A stretch of DNA of 64,000 nt from Trueperaceae bacterium (GCA_965213705.1 OZ243913.1:1248001-1312000); one strand, 5' to 3'; positions 17,710 to 28,272 are shown, counted from the first letter of the stretch. Numbers and translations: made by a program. The notes: a model not told the origin generated them from the letters alone.

Positions 17710-18305
17710 TTGTCGACGACCACCCGATTGTGCGCGAAGGTCTCAAGGCTTTTCTCGGTTTACAGGCCGACTTGGAAATCGTGGGCGAAACGGGCAGCGC
17801 CCATGAAGGCCTCGAGCTGGCCCGGAGCCTGTCGCCTCACCTCATCCTCCTCGACGTGCAACTAACCGACGGAAGCGGTTTGTCCATCCTGGCCGACCTG
17901 TTGGCGTTGGACCCGAAACCGCGCGTGCTCGTCCTCACGAGCTTCGCCGACGAAGCCTATATCCGTGAGGCGATGCGCAAGGGCGCGTCGGGCTTTTTGC
18001 TCAAACATGCCGGCCCGAAAAGCCTGCTCGACGGCGTTCGCGCGGTACTGAGGGGCGAGCTGCCGCTGGACGCCGACGTCGTGAGGGTGTTAACACGACC
18101 CGACGACGACCCTCTGCAGGTTCTCACCCCGCGCGAGGGCGACGTGCTCCGCCTGGTCGCGGCAGGCTTGACCAACCGCCAAGTTGCCACCGAGTTGGGC
18201 ATTGCGGAGAAAACCGTCAAAACGCACGCGACGAGCGTGTTCGCCAAACTTGGCGTCCGTGACCGCACCCAAGCCGCGCTCTACGCTAAAGAAAGGGGAT
18301 GGTAG
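17691..18305 (+). CDS. NarL/LuxR family response regulator
   Basis: VDDHPIVREG, LLD, LTPRE..VL...GLTN, KTVKTH, DRTQAA. Confidence 0.95.
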   Translation: MATRLLIVDDHPIVREGLKAFLGLQADLEIVGETGSAHEGLELARSLSPHLILLDVQLTDGSGLSILADLLALDPKPRVLVLTSFADEAYIREAMRKGASGFLLKHAGPKSLLDGVRAVLRGELPLDADVVRVLTRPDDDPLQVLTPREGDVLRLVAAGLTNRQVATELGIAEKTVKTHATSVFAKLGVRDRTQAALYAKERGW

Positions 18306-18447
18306 CGGAGATGCGAGGTGCAAGCCTTTGACTCTACTCCCCTACGCTTCACCTTCTCGCTACGACAAAAGTCCCAGTCGACCCTCAGACCAGGGCCCCA
18401 AGACGGTTCGGCGTTGCCTCTCTAAACTGACCAGCAGGAGGCAAGGC

Positions 18448-19179
18448 ATGAAAACAGCTCTCATCACGGGTGCCAGCCGAGGTTTGGGGCAGGTGCTGGC
18501 GAACTTACTTGCCCTGCAGGGTTACAAGCTCATCGTCAGCGCGCGGGGCGAGGCTGCGCTCGAGCGCAGCGCCGAGCCGTGGCGCGAGCACACCGAGGTC
18601 GACGTCATAGCGGGTGACGTCGTGGACGAAGCCCACCGCCGCGCCCTGGCCACAGCGGCCTCAAGCGGCCTGGACGTGCTCATCAACAACGCCTCGAGCC
18701 TGGGGCCGACACCTCTGCCGGCGCTCGCCGAAACCGATTTGGAAGGCTTGCGGCAGCTTTACGACACCAACCTTTTCGCGCCCTTGGCCCTGATTCAGGC
18801 GACCCTGCCGCAGCTCGAAAAGCGCGGCGGCCTCGTCGTCAACCTTACGTCGGACGCCGCCGTCGGCGGCTACGAGGGCTGGGGCGGGTACGGCTCGAGC
18901 AAGGCCGCGCTCGACCTCGTCTCGAAGACTTTGGCCGCCGAACTGTCGATCCGCGGCGTGAGTTGCGTCTCGGTCGACCCAGGCGACATGCGCACGCAGA
19001 TGCACCAGGACGCCTTTCCGGGCGAAGACATTTCAGACCGGCCACTCCCCGAGGTGACGCTGCCCTTTTGGCTGTGGCTTCTAAACCAGCGTCCCAGCGA
19101 CGTTTCGGGACAACGCTTCCGGGCGCAGGCAGCTACCTGGACACTTAACGAAAAAACGCAGGAAGTGTTCCCGGCATGA
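18448..19179 (+). CDS. Short-chain dehydrogenase/reductase
   Basis: TGASRGLG, NNAS, YGSSK; AGGAGG RBS before ATG at 18448. Confidence 0.93.
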   Translation: MKTALITGASRGLGQVLANLLALQGYKLIVSARGEAALERSAEPWREHTEVDVIAGDVVDEAHRRALATAASSGLDVLINNASSLGPTPLPALAETDLEGLRQLYDTNLFAPLALIQATLPQLEKRGGLVVNLTSDAAVGGYEGWGGYGSSKAALDLVSKTLAAELSIRGVSCVSVDPGDMRTQMHQDAFPGEDISDRPLPEVTLPFWLWLLNQRPSDVSGQRFRAQAATWTLNEKTQEVFPA

Positions 19180-20300
19180 CCCCGACACGGGATTTGGCAG
19201 GACGGAACTCAACAGGGCAAAGTTCGGCGGTACAGACCTCGAGCCCAAAAATTTCGACTCTAAAAAAGTTGACCGTGCAAGACCTGACCTTCGAGCGGCC
19301 CGACGCGCTGCAGGCGACCCGGCCACCCGAACTGCGCGGCGCGGGCCGGGACGACGTGCAACTGCTGGTGAGCAGGCCCAAAGGCCACACGCACGCACAC
19401 TTCACACAACTTCCGCGGTTTTTACGCCCCGGCGACCTGCTTGTGGTGAACGACAGCGCCACGCTGCCCGCGAGCTTGAGCGTGCAAGGTGCTTGGGGAG
19501 GGTTTACCCTCAACCTCTCGACCCGTTACGGTGCCCAGCTCTGGCTGGCCGAGCCGCGCTGGAGCCCGAGCCGCCCCGGCCCGCTGCCTTTGGAGGTTGG
19601 GCAAATTCTCGAGGTGGCAGGTTTGGAGGCTCGAGTGCTTGCCCCTCATCCCAAGTTGCCGCGCCTCTGGTTTGTAGCGTTCGAGGGTGATGTTGAGGCG
19701 GCCATGAACCGTTACGGCGCGCCGATTCGTTACGCTTACGTGCCGGACGTTTTCGGCCGCGAGACCTACCAAACGGTGTTCGCGGCGCGACCCGGCAGCG
19801 CCGAAATGCCCTCGGCGGGCCGCCCCTTCAGCCTCGAGCTGGTGAGAGACCTGGGGCGCGGCAGCGTCGAACTCGCTACTGTCACGCTGCACACCGGGGT
19901 GAGCAGTCTGGAGGTGGAGCCCGACCTGGAAAACCACACTCTCTACGCCGAGCCCTTCGAGGTGTCCGCCGCGACGGCCCTACAGGTCAACACGACTCGG
20001 GCCGCGGGGCGGCGCGTCATCGCGGTCGGCACGACGGTGGTGAGGGCCTTGGAGTCCGCTTTTACAGGCTCACAAGTAGCAGCAACCAGAGGCTTTACCC
20101 AAGCGTTTGTGCGCCCCGGCAGCTACGCCGGGACCGTGGACGGCCTGCTGACCGGCTTTCACGACCCGCGGGCGAGCCACCTCGCCATGCTCTACGCCGT
20201 CGCAGGACGAGAACTGATTCAAAGTGCCTACGCCGAGGCGGCGGGAAACGGCTACCTGTGGCACGAATTTGGCGACAGCCACCTCATCCTCACGCGCTGA
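19176..20300 (+). CDS. QueA-like protein (SAM:tRNA ribosyltransferase-isomerase fold, divergent subfamily)
   Basis: GDLLVVNDS, YQTVFA, AVGTTVVRALES, FGDSHLI; has PIRYAY and GSAEMPSAGRPF in place of the canonical PLPPYI and AAPTAGLHF. Confidence 0.85.
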   Translation: MTPTRDLAGRNSTGQSSAVQTSSPKISTLKKLTVQDLTFERPDALQATRPPELRGAGRDDVQLLVSRPKGHTHAHFTQLPRFLRPGDLLVVNDSATLPASLSVQGAWGGFTLNLSTRYGAQLWLAEPRWSPSRPGPLPLEVGQILEVAGLEARVLAPHPKLPRLWFVAFEGDVEAAMNRYGAPIRYAYVPDVFGRETYQTVFAARPGSAEMPSAGRPFSLELVRDLGRGSVELATVTLHTGVSSLEVEPDLENHTLYAEPFEVSAATALQVNTTRAAGRRVIAVGTTVVRALESAFTGSQVAATRGFTQAFVRPGSYAGTVDGLLTGFHDPRASHLAMLYAVAGRELIQSAYAEAAGNGYLWHEFGDSHLILTR

Positions 20301-20462
20301 ACGCGGATGTCAAGCAGGCCGTCTCGGTTGTTACGGACAGTTCGCCGGATTGACTCACCCTACTCGGCACTCGACTGAGGCTGTTCGCTTTACGGACCTG
20401 GACGCCGAATGCGATAGCTGTCCTTGCGGAGCTTGTGTCCTTACGGTCCCCTTTCTTACACA

Positions 20463-21590
20463 CTAGCCAGCTATAGACGTCGAAACGCTCACCTTGCCCG
20501 CCACCACCGCGTGTTTCGCGCCGGTCGCGCTGGGCAGGGTGCTTGAAAGTCCAAGCAGCCTTTGGTACGCCATTATTCCAAAGGCCAAAGCTTCGCGATC
20601 ACGCGACTTGTAACCTAACTCCTCAAAGGTTGTGACCGGGGCAAAAAGATGATCTCTCAGCATCGCCATCAGCGTCTCATTAAGTGCGCCGCCCCCGGCC
20701 ACGAGAATTTCGTCGACCTCTCCAACATACCGGTCGTAAGCTCGGGCGATGGAGTGAGCCGTGAAGGCGGTGAGCGTGGCGACAAGGTCGTTCGCTTTCA
20801 TGTCGTTATGCAAGTAACTATCTAATGCGTCCAGAGTAAAGGTCTCTCGCCCTGTTGTTTTGGGGAGTGGCAAGCTCAGGTAAGGATGTTTCATGAGTGC
20901 GTCCAGCGTGGGCACATGAACCCAACCGGAAGCGGCGATTTGGCCGCCCTCGTCATACTCGAGACCGTAGTGCCTTTTGACCGCTTCGTCGATGAGGCAG
21001 CTCGCGGGACCGGTATCGAAGGCGAAGACGTGCTCCGGGTCGCCGTCAGCTGGTAGGTAAGTTAGGTTGGAAATGCCGCCAAGATTATGCACAGTGCGAT
21101 CCTTACCCGCTTCACTGAACATTAGATAGTCCCCAAACGAGACCATCGGTGCCCCTTGACCGCCGGCGGCCATATCACTCTGACGGAAGTCGGACACCAC
21201 CGGGAGACCACACACTTCGGCGACCACGGCCGCCTCTCCAAGTTGCAGCGTGCTTGGTGTCTGCCAGTCCATGCTTTTGTCGACCCTTGGAATGTGGCAA
21301 ACCGTCTGGCCCGAGAGGGCAACGGCGTCGAAAGCGTACGCCGCTCGCATCTCCATTACGAGGTTTGCTTACGCATTCCCTATCTCTCTATGCACTTCGG
21401 TGATGAGCAGAACACGCGAGCGTTCGGGCTTCAGACATTGCAAAATCCGTTCTCGCAACTTTGATGGGTAGTTTCGACTGAGCCTAGCCACAACGTGCCA
21501 GTTCAATTTGCCCCCAGCCAACGCGAAAGTCGCGAGCACCGTGTCAATACCGTCTGCCGACGTTCCTGACATGAGACTCAGAATATTCAC
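20463..21590 (-). pseudogene. anmK: Anhydro-N-acetylmuramic acid kinase with an in-frame TAA (21369-21371)
   Basis: MSGTSADGID, GQTV.H, DFR..DMAAGGQGAP, NLGGISN, FDTGP, PKTTGRE, EALAF; both ORF pieces share a frame, separated by one TAA. Confidence 0.88.
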
Positions 21591-21610
21591 CCCCACACGT
21601 TCGTTCGAAT

Positions 21611-21665
21611 ATTGTATACCTTTACAATACCACTCTTGACCTAATTGGTATAAATGCGGTACAGT
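21611..21665. promoter_or_regulatory. Divergent promoter region with candidate GntR-family operators
   Basis: ATTGTA-TACCTT-TACAAT dyad and TGGTATA motif; TTGACC-18 bp-TACAGT toward the SBP gene. Confidence 0.45.
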
Positions 21666-21696
21666 CGCAGCCAACCTAACAAAGGAGGAATCGTCT

Positions 21697-23178
21697 ATGA
21701 AGAGATGCCTGCTGATCGCGTTTATGCTCCTGGGGTTCGGCTTCGCCCAAACGGGTACCCTCGAAATTGCCGTAGACCAGTCCCCGGTCGGACTCGACCC
21801 CCACGTAGTCACCGCCTTCAGCTCGTTCGCCGTGTTAAGTCAGATATACGACGGCCTCGTAGAGACCAACGCAGAGTTACAGGTCGAACCTGCGCTGGCC
21901 GAAAGCTGGGACCTTAGTGAAGACGGGCTCACCTACACGTTTGACCTGCGAGACGGTGTCACTTTTCATAACGGTCGCGCGATGACGGCGGACGATGTTG
22001 TTTATTCGTATGAGCGCGTAATGGACGAGGAGACGGGCTCCCCGCAGGCCAGCCGCTTTAGTCAGGTCGTGAGCGCTGTAGCCGTGGACGACGACACCGT
22101 TGTGTTTACACTTAGCGAACCGTTTGCACCTTTCTTGGTCAACACGGCCAACCTAAGCGTCGTGCCACGTGAAGTCGCCGAGAATGAAGACTTAAACCAG
22201 GTCGCAGTCGGCACCGGTCCGTTCACGCTCGCAGAAGTAGTGCCTGACACTTATGTGCTGCTCGAGGCTTACCCCGACTACTACCGCGAGGGTGAACCTG
22301 GCGTCGCTGCGCTTCGCTACAACGTCGTCCCCGAAGCGTCGACCCGCGCGGCGGGCCTGCGCAACGGCACCTATCAGCTCCTGCCCGACGTCGACCCAGC
22401 CACCGCCCTCACCCTGGCGAACGTGCCCGACGTAAGCGTTCTCAGCACCCAAGACCTCGCCTACAGCCTCTTGGGGCTCAACACGACCGTCACGCCCTTT
22501 AACGACCCGCGCGTTCGGGAAGCTATCAACCTGATTATCGACCGCAACGAAATAATCGAGGCCGTCTATTTTGGGGAGGCGGTACCAGGTGGTCCGCTGA
22601 GCCCAGGTTTAAGTGACTGGGCCGAGGACGTGAGCTCCTTTGAGTGCTACGCCCCCGACGTCGACCGGGCAAAAGCGTTGCTCGAGGAGGCGGGCGCCTC
22701 GGACCTCAGCATGAACATCCTGACCTTCGGCACCAACAAGATCGTGTCCGACGCCGCGCAGGTCATCCAGGCGCAACTCGTGGACGCGGGAATCGACGCG
22801 ACGGTCGACGTCGAGGAGTTTGGCACCTTCGTACAGCGCTGGCAAAACAGCGACTTTGACGCATTCGTGAGCCTCAACGGCGGCAGCGCCGACCCCGACG
22901 GTTACCTGTACCGCACGTTTCACACGGACGGCGCGACGAACGTTTACAAGTTTAGCGACGCCGACACCGACGCGCTTTTGGACCAGGGGCGCACCGAAAC
23001 CACGTTCGACGCGCGCAAAGCCACCTACAACGAGCTTCAGGAGCGGCTGGCCTGCACGGGTCCCGTCGTCCACGTGGCTTACGGCACCCTGCTGTCGGCC
23101 CTGCGGGCCGAGGTCGAGGGTTTCGAGCAGATGCCGACGCGCAGTCTAATCTCGCTGCGCAATGTGACCCTGCAGTAG
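21697..23178 (+). CDS. Family-5 peptide ABC substrate-binding protein
   Basis: Signal peptide ending GFAQ; LDPH, LAESW, LRDGVTFHNG, VGTGPF, PFNDPRVREA; AAGGAGG RBS. Confidence 0.95.
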   Translation: MKRCLLIAFMLLGFGFAQTGTLEIAVDQSPVGLDPHVVTAFSSFAVLSQIYDGLVETNAELQVEPALAESWDLSEDGLTYTFDLRDGVTFHNGRAMTADDVVYSYERVMDEETGSPQASRFSQVVSAVAVDDDTVVFTLSEPFAPFLVNTANLSVVPREVAENEDLNQVAVGTGPFTLAEVVPDTYVLLEAYPDYYREGEPGVAALRYNVVPEASTRAAGLRNGTYQLLPDVDPATALTLANVPDVSVLSTQDLAYSLLGLNTTVTPFNDPRVREAINLIIDRNEIIEAVYFGEAVPGGPLSPGLSDWAEDVSSFECYAPDVDRAKALLEEAGASDLSMNILTFGTNKIVSDAAQVIQAQLVDAGIDATVDVEEFGTFVQRWQNSDFDAFVSLNGGSADPDGYLYRTFHTDGATNVYKFSDADTDALLDQGRTETTFDARKATYNELQERLACTGPVVHVAYGTLLSALRAEVEGFEQMPTRSLISLRNVTLQ

Positions 23179-23297
23179 TTGGAAAGGGCTGGCCTGACCA
23201 ACCGGCCAGCCCGCCCTTATCTTGTCTCCTGTTTTTCACAAGTGTTTGAGAAAGCTGACGGGTCTTCGAAAGGATTGACGCTGAGAAAGCCCACCAA

Positions 23298-24248
23298 GTG
23301 ACCAGTTACATCGTCAAGCGCCTGCTCGACCTCCTGTTCGTCCTGTTCGGCGTGTCGCTTCTCGTTTTCTTGATGCTCCGCTTTATCCCCGGCGACGCGG
23401 TCCAGATCATGCTCGGTGCCAACGTCGATATTAGCGCCCAGCGGGTCGAGGCGCTGAGGCGTCAGTTGGGGCTCGACCTACCTGTCTACCAGCAGTACGC
23501 GGAGTGGTTGGCCGGAATAGTCCGCGGTGACCTCGGCACGAGCATCTGGACTGGGCAGCCTGTGAGTAAGGAGATTTTCTCGCGGCTCCCTGTCACCTTG
23601 GAGATAACGCTGCTCGCGCTTTTCTTCGCGCTGCTCGTTAGCTTTCCGCTCGGGGTGCTCGCTGCCCAGACACGCGGCACCTGGGCTGATACGGTCGTAC
23701 GCGTTTTGTCGATCGTCGGTTTGACGTTGCCCTCGTTTTGGGTCGGGGTGCTACTGCTCTACTTCGTAAGTGTGCGCTTCCCCAGTTTCCCGGCTATAGG
23801 CTACGTGCCGTTCGCAACGGACCCCGTTGGCAACCTAGCGCGGCTCAGCCTGCCGGTCGTGGCGGTCTCACTCCCCATGATCGCGGGGCTGAGCCGCATC
23901 TTACGCTCGAGCCTCCTGGAGGTCATGAGCGCCGACTATATCCGCACGGCGAGGGCGAAGGGCATCAGGAAGCAAACGCTTCTCTATAAACACGCCCTGC
24001 GCAACGCGCTCATCCCCGTCGTCACCATCATCGGCGTGCAGATAGGCTACCTGCTGAGCGGCGTGGTGGTTATCGAGCAGGTTTTTGCTATCCCCGGTCT
24101 CGGGCGCCTTATCATAGGCGCGGTAAACGAGCGGAACTATCCCCTGGTGCAGGGAACCATTCTCGTGATTACGCTCGTGTTCGTGCTCGTCAACCTGCTG
24201 GTCGACCTGGCTTATGCGTGGATCGACCCGCGCGTGGAGTACGCATGA
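23298..24248 (+). CDS. Peptide ABC permease (DppB type)
   Basis: GDLGTS, DYIRTARAKG, HALRNALIP, FAIPGLG. Confidence 0.95.
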   Translation: MTSYIVKRLLDLLFVLFGVSLLVFLMLRFIPGDAVQIMLGANVDISAQRVEALRRQLGLDLPVYQQYAEWLAGIVRGDLGTSIWTGQPVSKEIFSRLPVTLEITLLALFFALLVSFPLGVLAAQTRGTWADTVVRVLSIVGLTLPSFWVGVLLLYFVSVRFPSFPAIGYVPFATDPVGNLARLSLPVVAVSLPMIAGLSRILRSSLLEVMSADYIRTARAKGIRKQTLLYKHALRNALIPVVTIIGVQIGYLLSGVVVIEQVFAIPGLGRLIIGAVNERNYPLVQGTILVITLVFVLVNLLVDLAYAWIDPRVEYA

Positions 24249-25093
24249 CCCAGAGAAGTACAGGTCAGGTCGTGCGCAAACTGGTACGCAACCAAGTCGG
24301 GTTTATCGGTTTCTGCCTGAGCGCGCTCGTCGTGCTCCTCGCGCTTTTCGCGCCTCTTATCAGAACCCACACCCCCAGTGAGCAAAGTGTCCGCGACCGC
24401 TTCGAGGGGCCTAGCGCCGAGTATTTTTTGGGAACCGACAACTTCGGACGTGACCTCTACACGCGCTTGCTCTACGGTTACCGCACGAGCATTACCGTGG
24501 CGCTCGTGTCGGTCGGGCTCGCAACCCTTGTCGGCGGGGTGCTTGGTCTGCTCGCCGCTTTTTATGGCGACCTTGTTGACCGGGTGCTCATGCGCATCAT
24601 GGACGTGCTGCTCGCTTTTCCCATCATCCTCTTAGCTATTGGTGTGCTCGCCGTGCTCGGGCCGGGGACTTTTAACACCGCGCTCGCCATCGGCATCGTC
24701 TACACGCCGATATTTGCGCGCTTGGCTCGAGCACCTGCTCTTACCCTCTTGTCGTGGGATTACGTTGTCGCGGCTGCGGCGCTCGGCGCGTCTAGCAGGC
24801 GCATCCTTGCAAAACACATCGTCCCGAATATCCTCGCGCCAATCCTGGTACAGGTTACGCTGTCGCTTTCCACTGCCATTTTAGTCGAGGCGTCACTGTC
24901 GTTCCTAGGCTTGGGGACGCAGCCGCCTACCCCTTCGCTCGGGCTTATGCTCGCTGAAAGCCGCGACTACATGTTGATCTCGCCCTGGGTGTCCGTCTTT
25001 TCAGGGCTCGCTATCTTGCTTGCTTCACTCGGCTTCAACCTGTTTGGAGACGGACTGCGTGATCTTTTGGACCCGACCCTAAGGAATCTGTGA
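24245..25093 (+). CDS. Peptide ABC permease (DppC type)
   Basis: LGTDNFGRD, LSFLGLG.QPP.PS.G; ATG at 24245 overlaps the previous stop. Confidence 0.95.
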   Translation: MTQRSTGQVVRKLVRNQVGFIGFCLSALVVLLALFAPLIRTHTPSEQSVRDRFEGPSAEYFLGTDNFGRDLYTRLLYGYRTSITVALVSVGLATLVGGVLGLLAAFYGDLVDRVLMRIMDVLLAFPIILLAIGVLAVLGPGTFNTALAIGIVYTPIFARLARAPALTLLSWDYVVAAAALGASSRRILAKHIVPNILAPILVQVTLSLSTAILVEASLSFLGLGTQPPTPSLGLMLAESRDYMLISPWVSVFSGLAILLASLGFNLFGDGLRDLLDPTLRNL

Positions 25094-25103
25094 AGGCAAC
25101 CCT

Positions 25104-25949
25104 GTGACCTGGTTCGTCTTCGCTTTCGCAGCAGGTATAGCGAGCGCGGCCAACGTCTGGGCGTCCAAAGTCCTTGTAACCCGCGACCTCAAACCGATTA
25201 CCGTAGGGGGGGTGGTTCACGTATGGGCAGGGCTCCTTTGCCTGGCCGCCATGCCTTTTGTACCCCTCCGCGCCGAGCTGACCCCGCTGGTTCTCCTAGG
25301 TGTGTTGGGCATGGGATGTGTCTACGTTGTAGGGAACGCGCTCTACTTCACCGCGCTCAAGAAAGCGGAGCTTTCGGAGATCGACCTCTTCCTGAGAACG
25401 TCGTCGCTGTGGACGTTTCTTTTGGGTGTCGCGCTCTTGGGAGAGAGCGCTGCCTCAAGAACAATGCTGGGCGCAGCCCTCATTGTCAGCTCCGTCTTGC
25501 TCCTAACCAACCAACAGCGGCGCATCCGTTTCGACCGCGCGGGGCTGCTCGCGCTGGGCGCGGCTTTGGCGTTTGGCCTGGGCAACGTTGTTGATAAGGC
25601 GCTGAGCCCGTCTTTTGACGCGTTGAGCTACACGGTAGTCAACCTGCTTCTGACAGGATGCGGCATGTTGCTCATCGCCAGAGCACACTCTAGTGACCTC
25701 TTTACCCCCGAACTGCGCGGCAAAACCGCGCTTACGGTCAGCGCGACGTTTGCCCTCACGCAGCTTCTTATTATCCTGGCATTCGGAGCCGGAGGTACTG
25801 CGGGAGAGGTCATCTTAGTCGCGCAGGGCAGGTTGCTCATCCTTCTTGCCGTGGGCATCTTAGTATTGAAAGAGCGCAACCGCATCACCCGGAAGCTGGT
25901 CGCTGGCGTCATTATGTTGATGGGCATCGCCCTACTCAGCGCCGTCTGA
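25104..25949 (+). CDS. EamA/DMT family transporter
   Basis: About 10 TM helices in two repeats (LLGE / LKER loops). Confidence 0.8.
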   Translation: MTWFVFAFAAGIASAANVWASKVLVTRDLKPITVGGVVHVWAGLLCLAAMPFVPLRAELTPLVLLGVLGMGCVYVVGNALYFTALKKAELSEIDLFLRTSSLWTFLLGVALLGESAASRTMLGAALIVSSVLLLTNQQRRIRFDRAGLLALGAALAFGLGNVVDKALSPSFDALSYTVVNLLLTGCGMLLIARAHSSDLFTPELRGKTALTVSATFALTQLLIILAFGAGGTAGEVILVAQGRLLILLAVGILVLKERNRITRKLVAGVIMLMGIALLSAV

Positions 25950-25959
25950 AGGGGAAGCT

Positions 25960-26700
25960 GTGCTCAAGACTTTATCTGTAGATTCCGAGGGCGACACGCC
26001 CGCATACCTTCAGCTTAGACAAAGCATTGTAAAGGCGATTCAGACAAATTCACTGAAACCTGGTGAGGCGCTTCCTTCTGAGCGAAAACTGGCCGATAGT
26101 TTAAGACTTTCGCGGATGACGGTGCGACGTGCCTTTAACGAACTTATTGAAGAGGGGATACTTGAACGCCGGCCCGGTTCGGGTACGTTTGTCAAGCCTC
26201 GCCGCGTCGAGCAGATGGTCGACCGCGTCCCCGGCTTTACGGACGAGGCGCAAAACTTGGGCATGAAGCCAATGAGCGTGGTTCTAAACGTCGAGCGTGA
26301 GGTGAGCGACGCCGACGTTTCACAGCACCTCGGTTTGAACGACGCAAAACTGTTTAAGCTCACACGGTTGAGGCTTACCGAGCAGGGACCCCTTGCCATA
26401 CAAACCGCCTTTTTACCCCCCGACTACGTCGACCTGTCGATGGACATTCTGAACCACACAGGAAGCTTGTACGCGACCTTGCAGCAACAGTTCGGTGTCT
26501 ACCCGTCGCGAGCCAAGCAGCGCATCACCGCACGTTTGCCAAGCCGGCACGAAGCGACCCTTTTGCAACTTGGCACAGGTGCTCCGGTGTTGGCGATGGA
26601 GCGGCTCACCTCAGACCAACATGGTCAGGCGATGGAGTTCGTCAGGAGCGCGTACAGCGGAGAGCAATATGAAATGTTGCTTGAACTCACGGCACCGTGA
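25960..26700 (+). CDS. GntR family regulator with UTRA domain (HutC/NagR type)
   Basis: LPSERKLA..LSRMTVRRA..L..EG...GSGTFV; C-terminal UTRA (RLRL, GSLY, EFVRSAY). Confidence 0.93.
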   Translation: MLKTLSVDSEGDTPAYLQLRQSIVKAIQTNSLKPGEALPSERKLADSLRLSRMTVRRAFNELIEEGILERRPGSGTFVKPRRVEQMVDRVPGFTDEAQNLGMKPMSVVLNVEREVSDADVSQHLGLNDAKLFKLTRLRLTEQGPLAIQTAFLPPDYVDLSMDILNHTGSLYATLQQQFGVYPSRAKQRITARLPSRHEATLLQLGTGAPVLAMERLTSDQHGQAMEFVRSAYSGEQYEMLLELTAP

Positions 26701-26795
26701 CGAGGAAAGACGATACCGCTAAATATCCGGGGGTGCTCGGTTTCGAGGGGCAGTGGGTAATGTGCCAGAGCGAGTAATCCCCATTAACAGCAGCT

Positions 26796-28052
26796 CTAGT
26801 CAGCAGCGTGTTCCCTCGAGCCAGTTGCGGAAAGTGACAGTTCTCTTAGGGTTGGCGAGGCCAGCCCACCCAAACCGACCAAAACCGAAGCGATACCCGA
26901 GAAGGCTATCAGGGCGGTTGACGGTAAAAAAGCGAGGAGCGCACCACCGACAGCTAAACCGAGGGGTGCGCCGCTCACGAGCAAGGTCGAACGCGCCCCA
27001 AACACCCGACCGAGCTGCGCTTTGGGCACGCTGCGCTGCAACAGGGTCGTTTCCAGCGGCGTGTAAGGCCCCCACATCAGACCGCCGAGGAAGAGAATGG
27101 CGCAGGCTGACCAGAGGTTACGAATCAAGACGAGGGGTAAAAGACTTGCACCCCACAACAACGCAATGAGTGGCAGGGCAACCCCCAAACGTAAGTGCTT
27201 ACTGAGGCCCGAGCTGCCGAGCGTACCCAACAACGCGCCGACACCCAAAGATGCCCAGAGGAGACCGTAGCCGCGCGCATCCGTCTGGAGGACGGCGTCA
27301 CTGTAAAGGGGTATAGCGGCTTCCAGGGGGCCGTAAGAGAAAAAAAACACCAAGCTCAACAGCGTGGTGAGTCGCACAACCTTCATGTCCCAGAGTTGAC
27401 GTAATCCGAGACGTTCTGCAAAGGGTATCCGGGCAGTCTGAGCTTGCCTCGTTCGTTGGAGGGTGGGAAGAGTCAGGGCGACGAGCGCCATAATGCCAAA
27501 TGTAACCGCGTCGATAAGAAGCACCGACGGACCTCCGAAGGCTGCGACGAGAACACCGGCAAGGGCAGGACCCAGCATCACAGACAGGTTTACGCTGAAA
27601 GACCACAGCATATTGGCTGCATCCAAATCTTCATCATCTACGAGGTCAGGAAGAATGGTACGCGACCCGACCAGTGTAGCGGGTTGTAAAACACCTGCCA
27701 GCAGACTCAACAAAAAAAGGTGCCAAAGCTCGAGCCCAGCCAGCCAATAAAGAACCGGAATGAGTCCGACAATCAGGGTGCGCAAGCCGTTGTCAAGAGC
27801 AATAATGGTTCGAGGTTGATAACGGTCGATGAGCGAACCGACAACCATACCTGTGACGATGGCGGGAAGTTGAAACGTAAGCAGAATACCTGCGGTGGCT
27901 GTACCCGACCCGGTGGTTTGTAAAACGAACCAGGGAAGCGCGATAAAAGTCATGGAATCGCCGAACAAGGACAGGAACTGACCTAGCCAAAAACGACGGA
28001 AGGTAGGATAGCGGTAGAGCAGAGCAAAGGCTTGCCCTAACTGACTGTTCAC
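26796..28052 (-). CDS. MFS transporter (DHA3/EntS-like)
   Basis: FRRFWLGQFLSLFGD, G.LIDR, GPALAG, GRVFG; about 12 TM helices. Confidence 0.92.
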   Translation of the reverse strand: MNSQLGQAFALLYRYPTFRRFWLGQFLSLFGDSMTFIALPWFVLQTTGSGTATAGILLTFQLPAIVTGMVVGSLIDRYQPRTIIALDNGLRTLIVGLIPVLYWLAGLELWHLFLLSLLAGVLQPATLVGSRTILPDLVDDEDLDAANMLWSFSVNLSVMLGPALAGVLVAAFGGPSVLLIDAVTFGIMALVALTLPTLQRTRQAQTARIPFAERLGLRQLWDMKVVRLTTLLSLVFFFSYGPLEAAIPLYSDAVLQTDARGYGLLWASLGVGALLGTLGSSGLSKHLRLGVALPLIALLWGASLLPLVLIRNLWSACAILFLGGLMWGPYTPLETTLLQRSVPKAQLGRVFGARSTLLVSGAPLGLAVGGALLAFLPSTALIAFSGIASVLVGLGGLASPTLRELSLSATGSREHAAD

Positions 28053-28272
28053 AGTAGTCAGCTTAACAAGGGCGACTTACGGAAAGTTGAGGCTTTAGTC
28101 TTAGAAGGACGACTGCCATTTTCGAGGGTATCAGCGATTTTATGTAGAAGCCTATCAAGTAGTCCAGCACCGAAGAGTTGAGCGAACCCGTTTGAGGCTA
28201 GATAAAGAGATTTTTCCTCATGTACCTTACGGAGGTTTGGGTATAAACCCCTCTTCGGTTATTGGTTACGCT

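Noticed and set aside
19176..20300. Canonical queA for queuosine synthesis
   Set aside because: Signature motifs are altered and no tgt/que genes are adjacent, so no gene symbol was assigned.
26767..26794. Additional dif-like site (AGAGCGAGTAA-TCCCCA-TTAACAGCAGC); similar weak matches near 10900 and 44469
   Set aside because: Too degenerate to distinguish from chance by eye.
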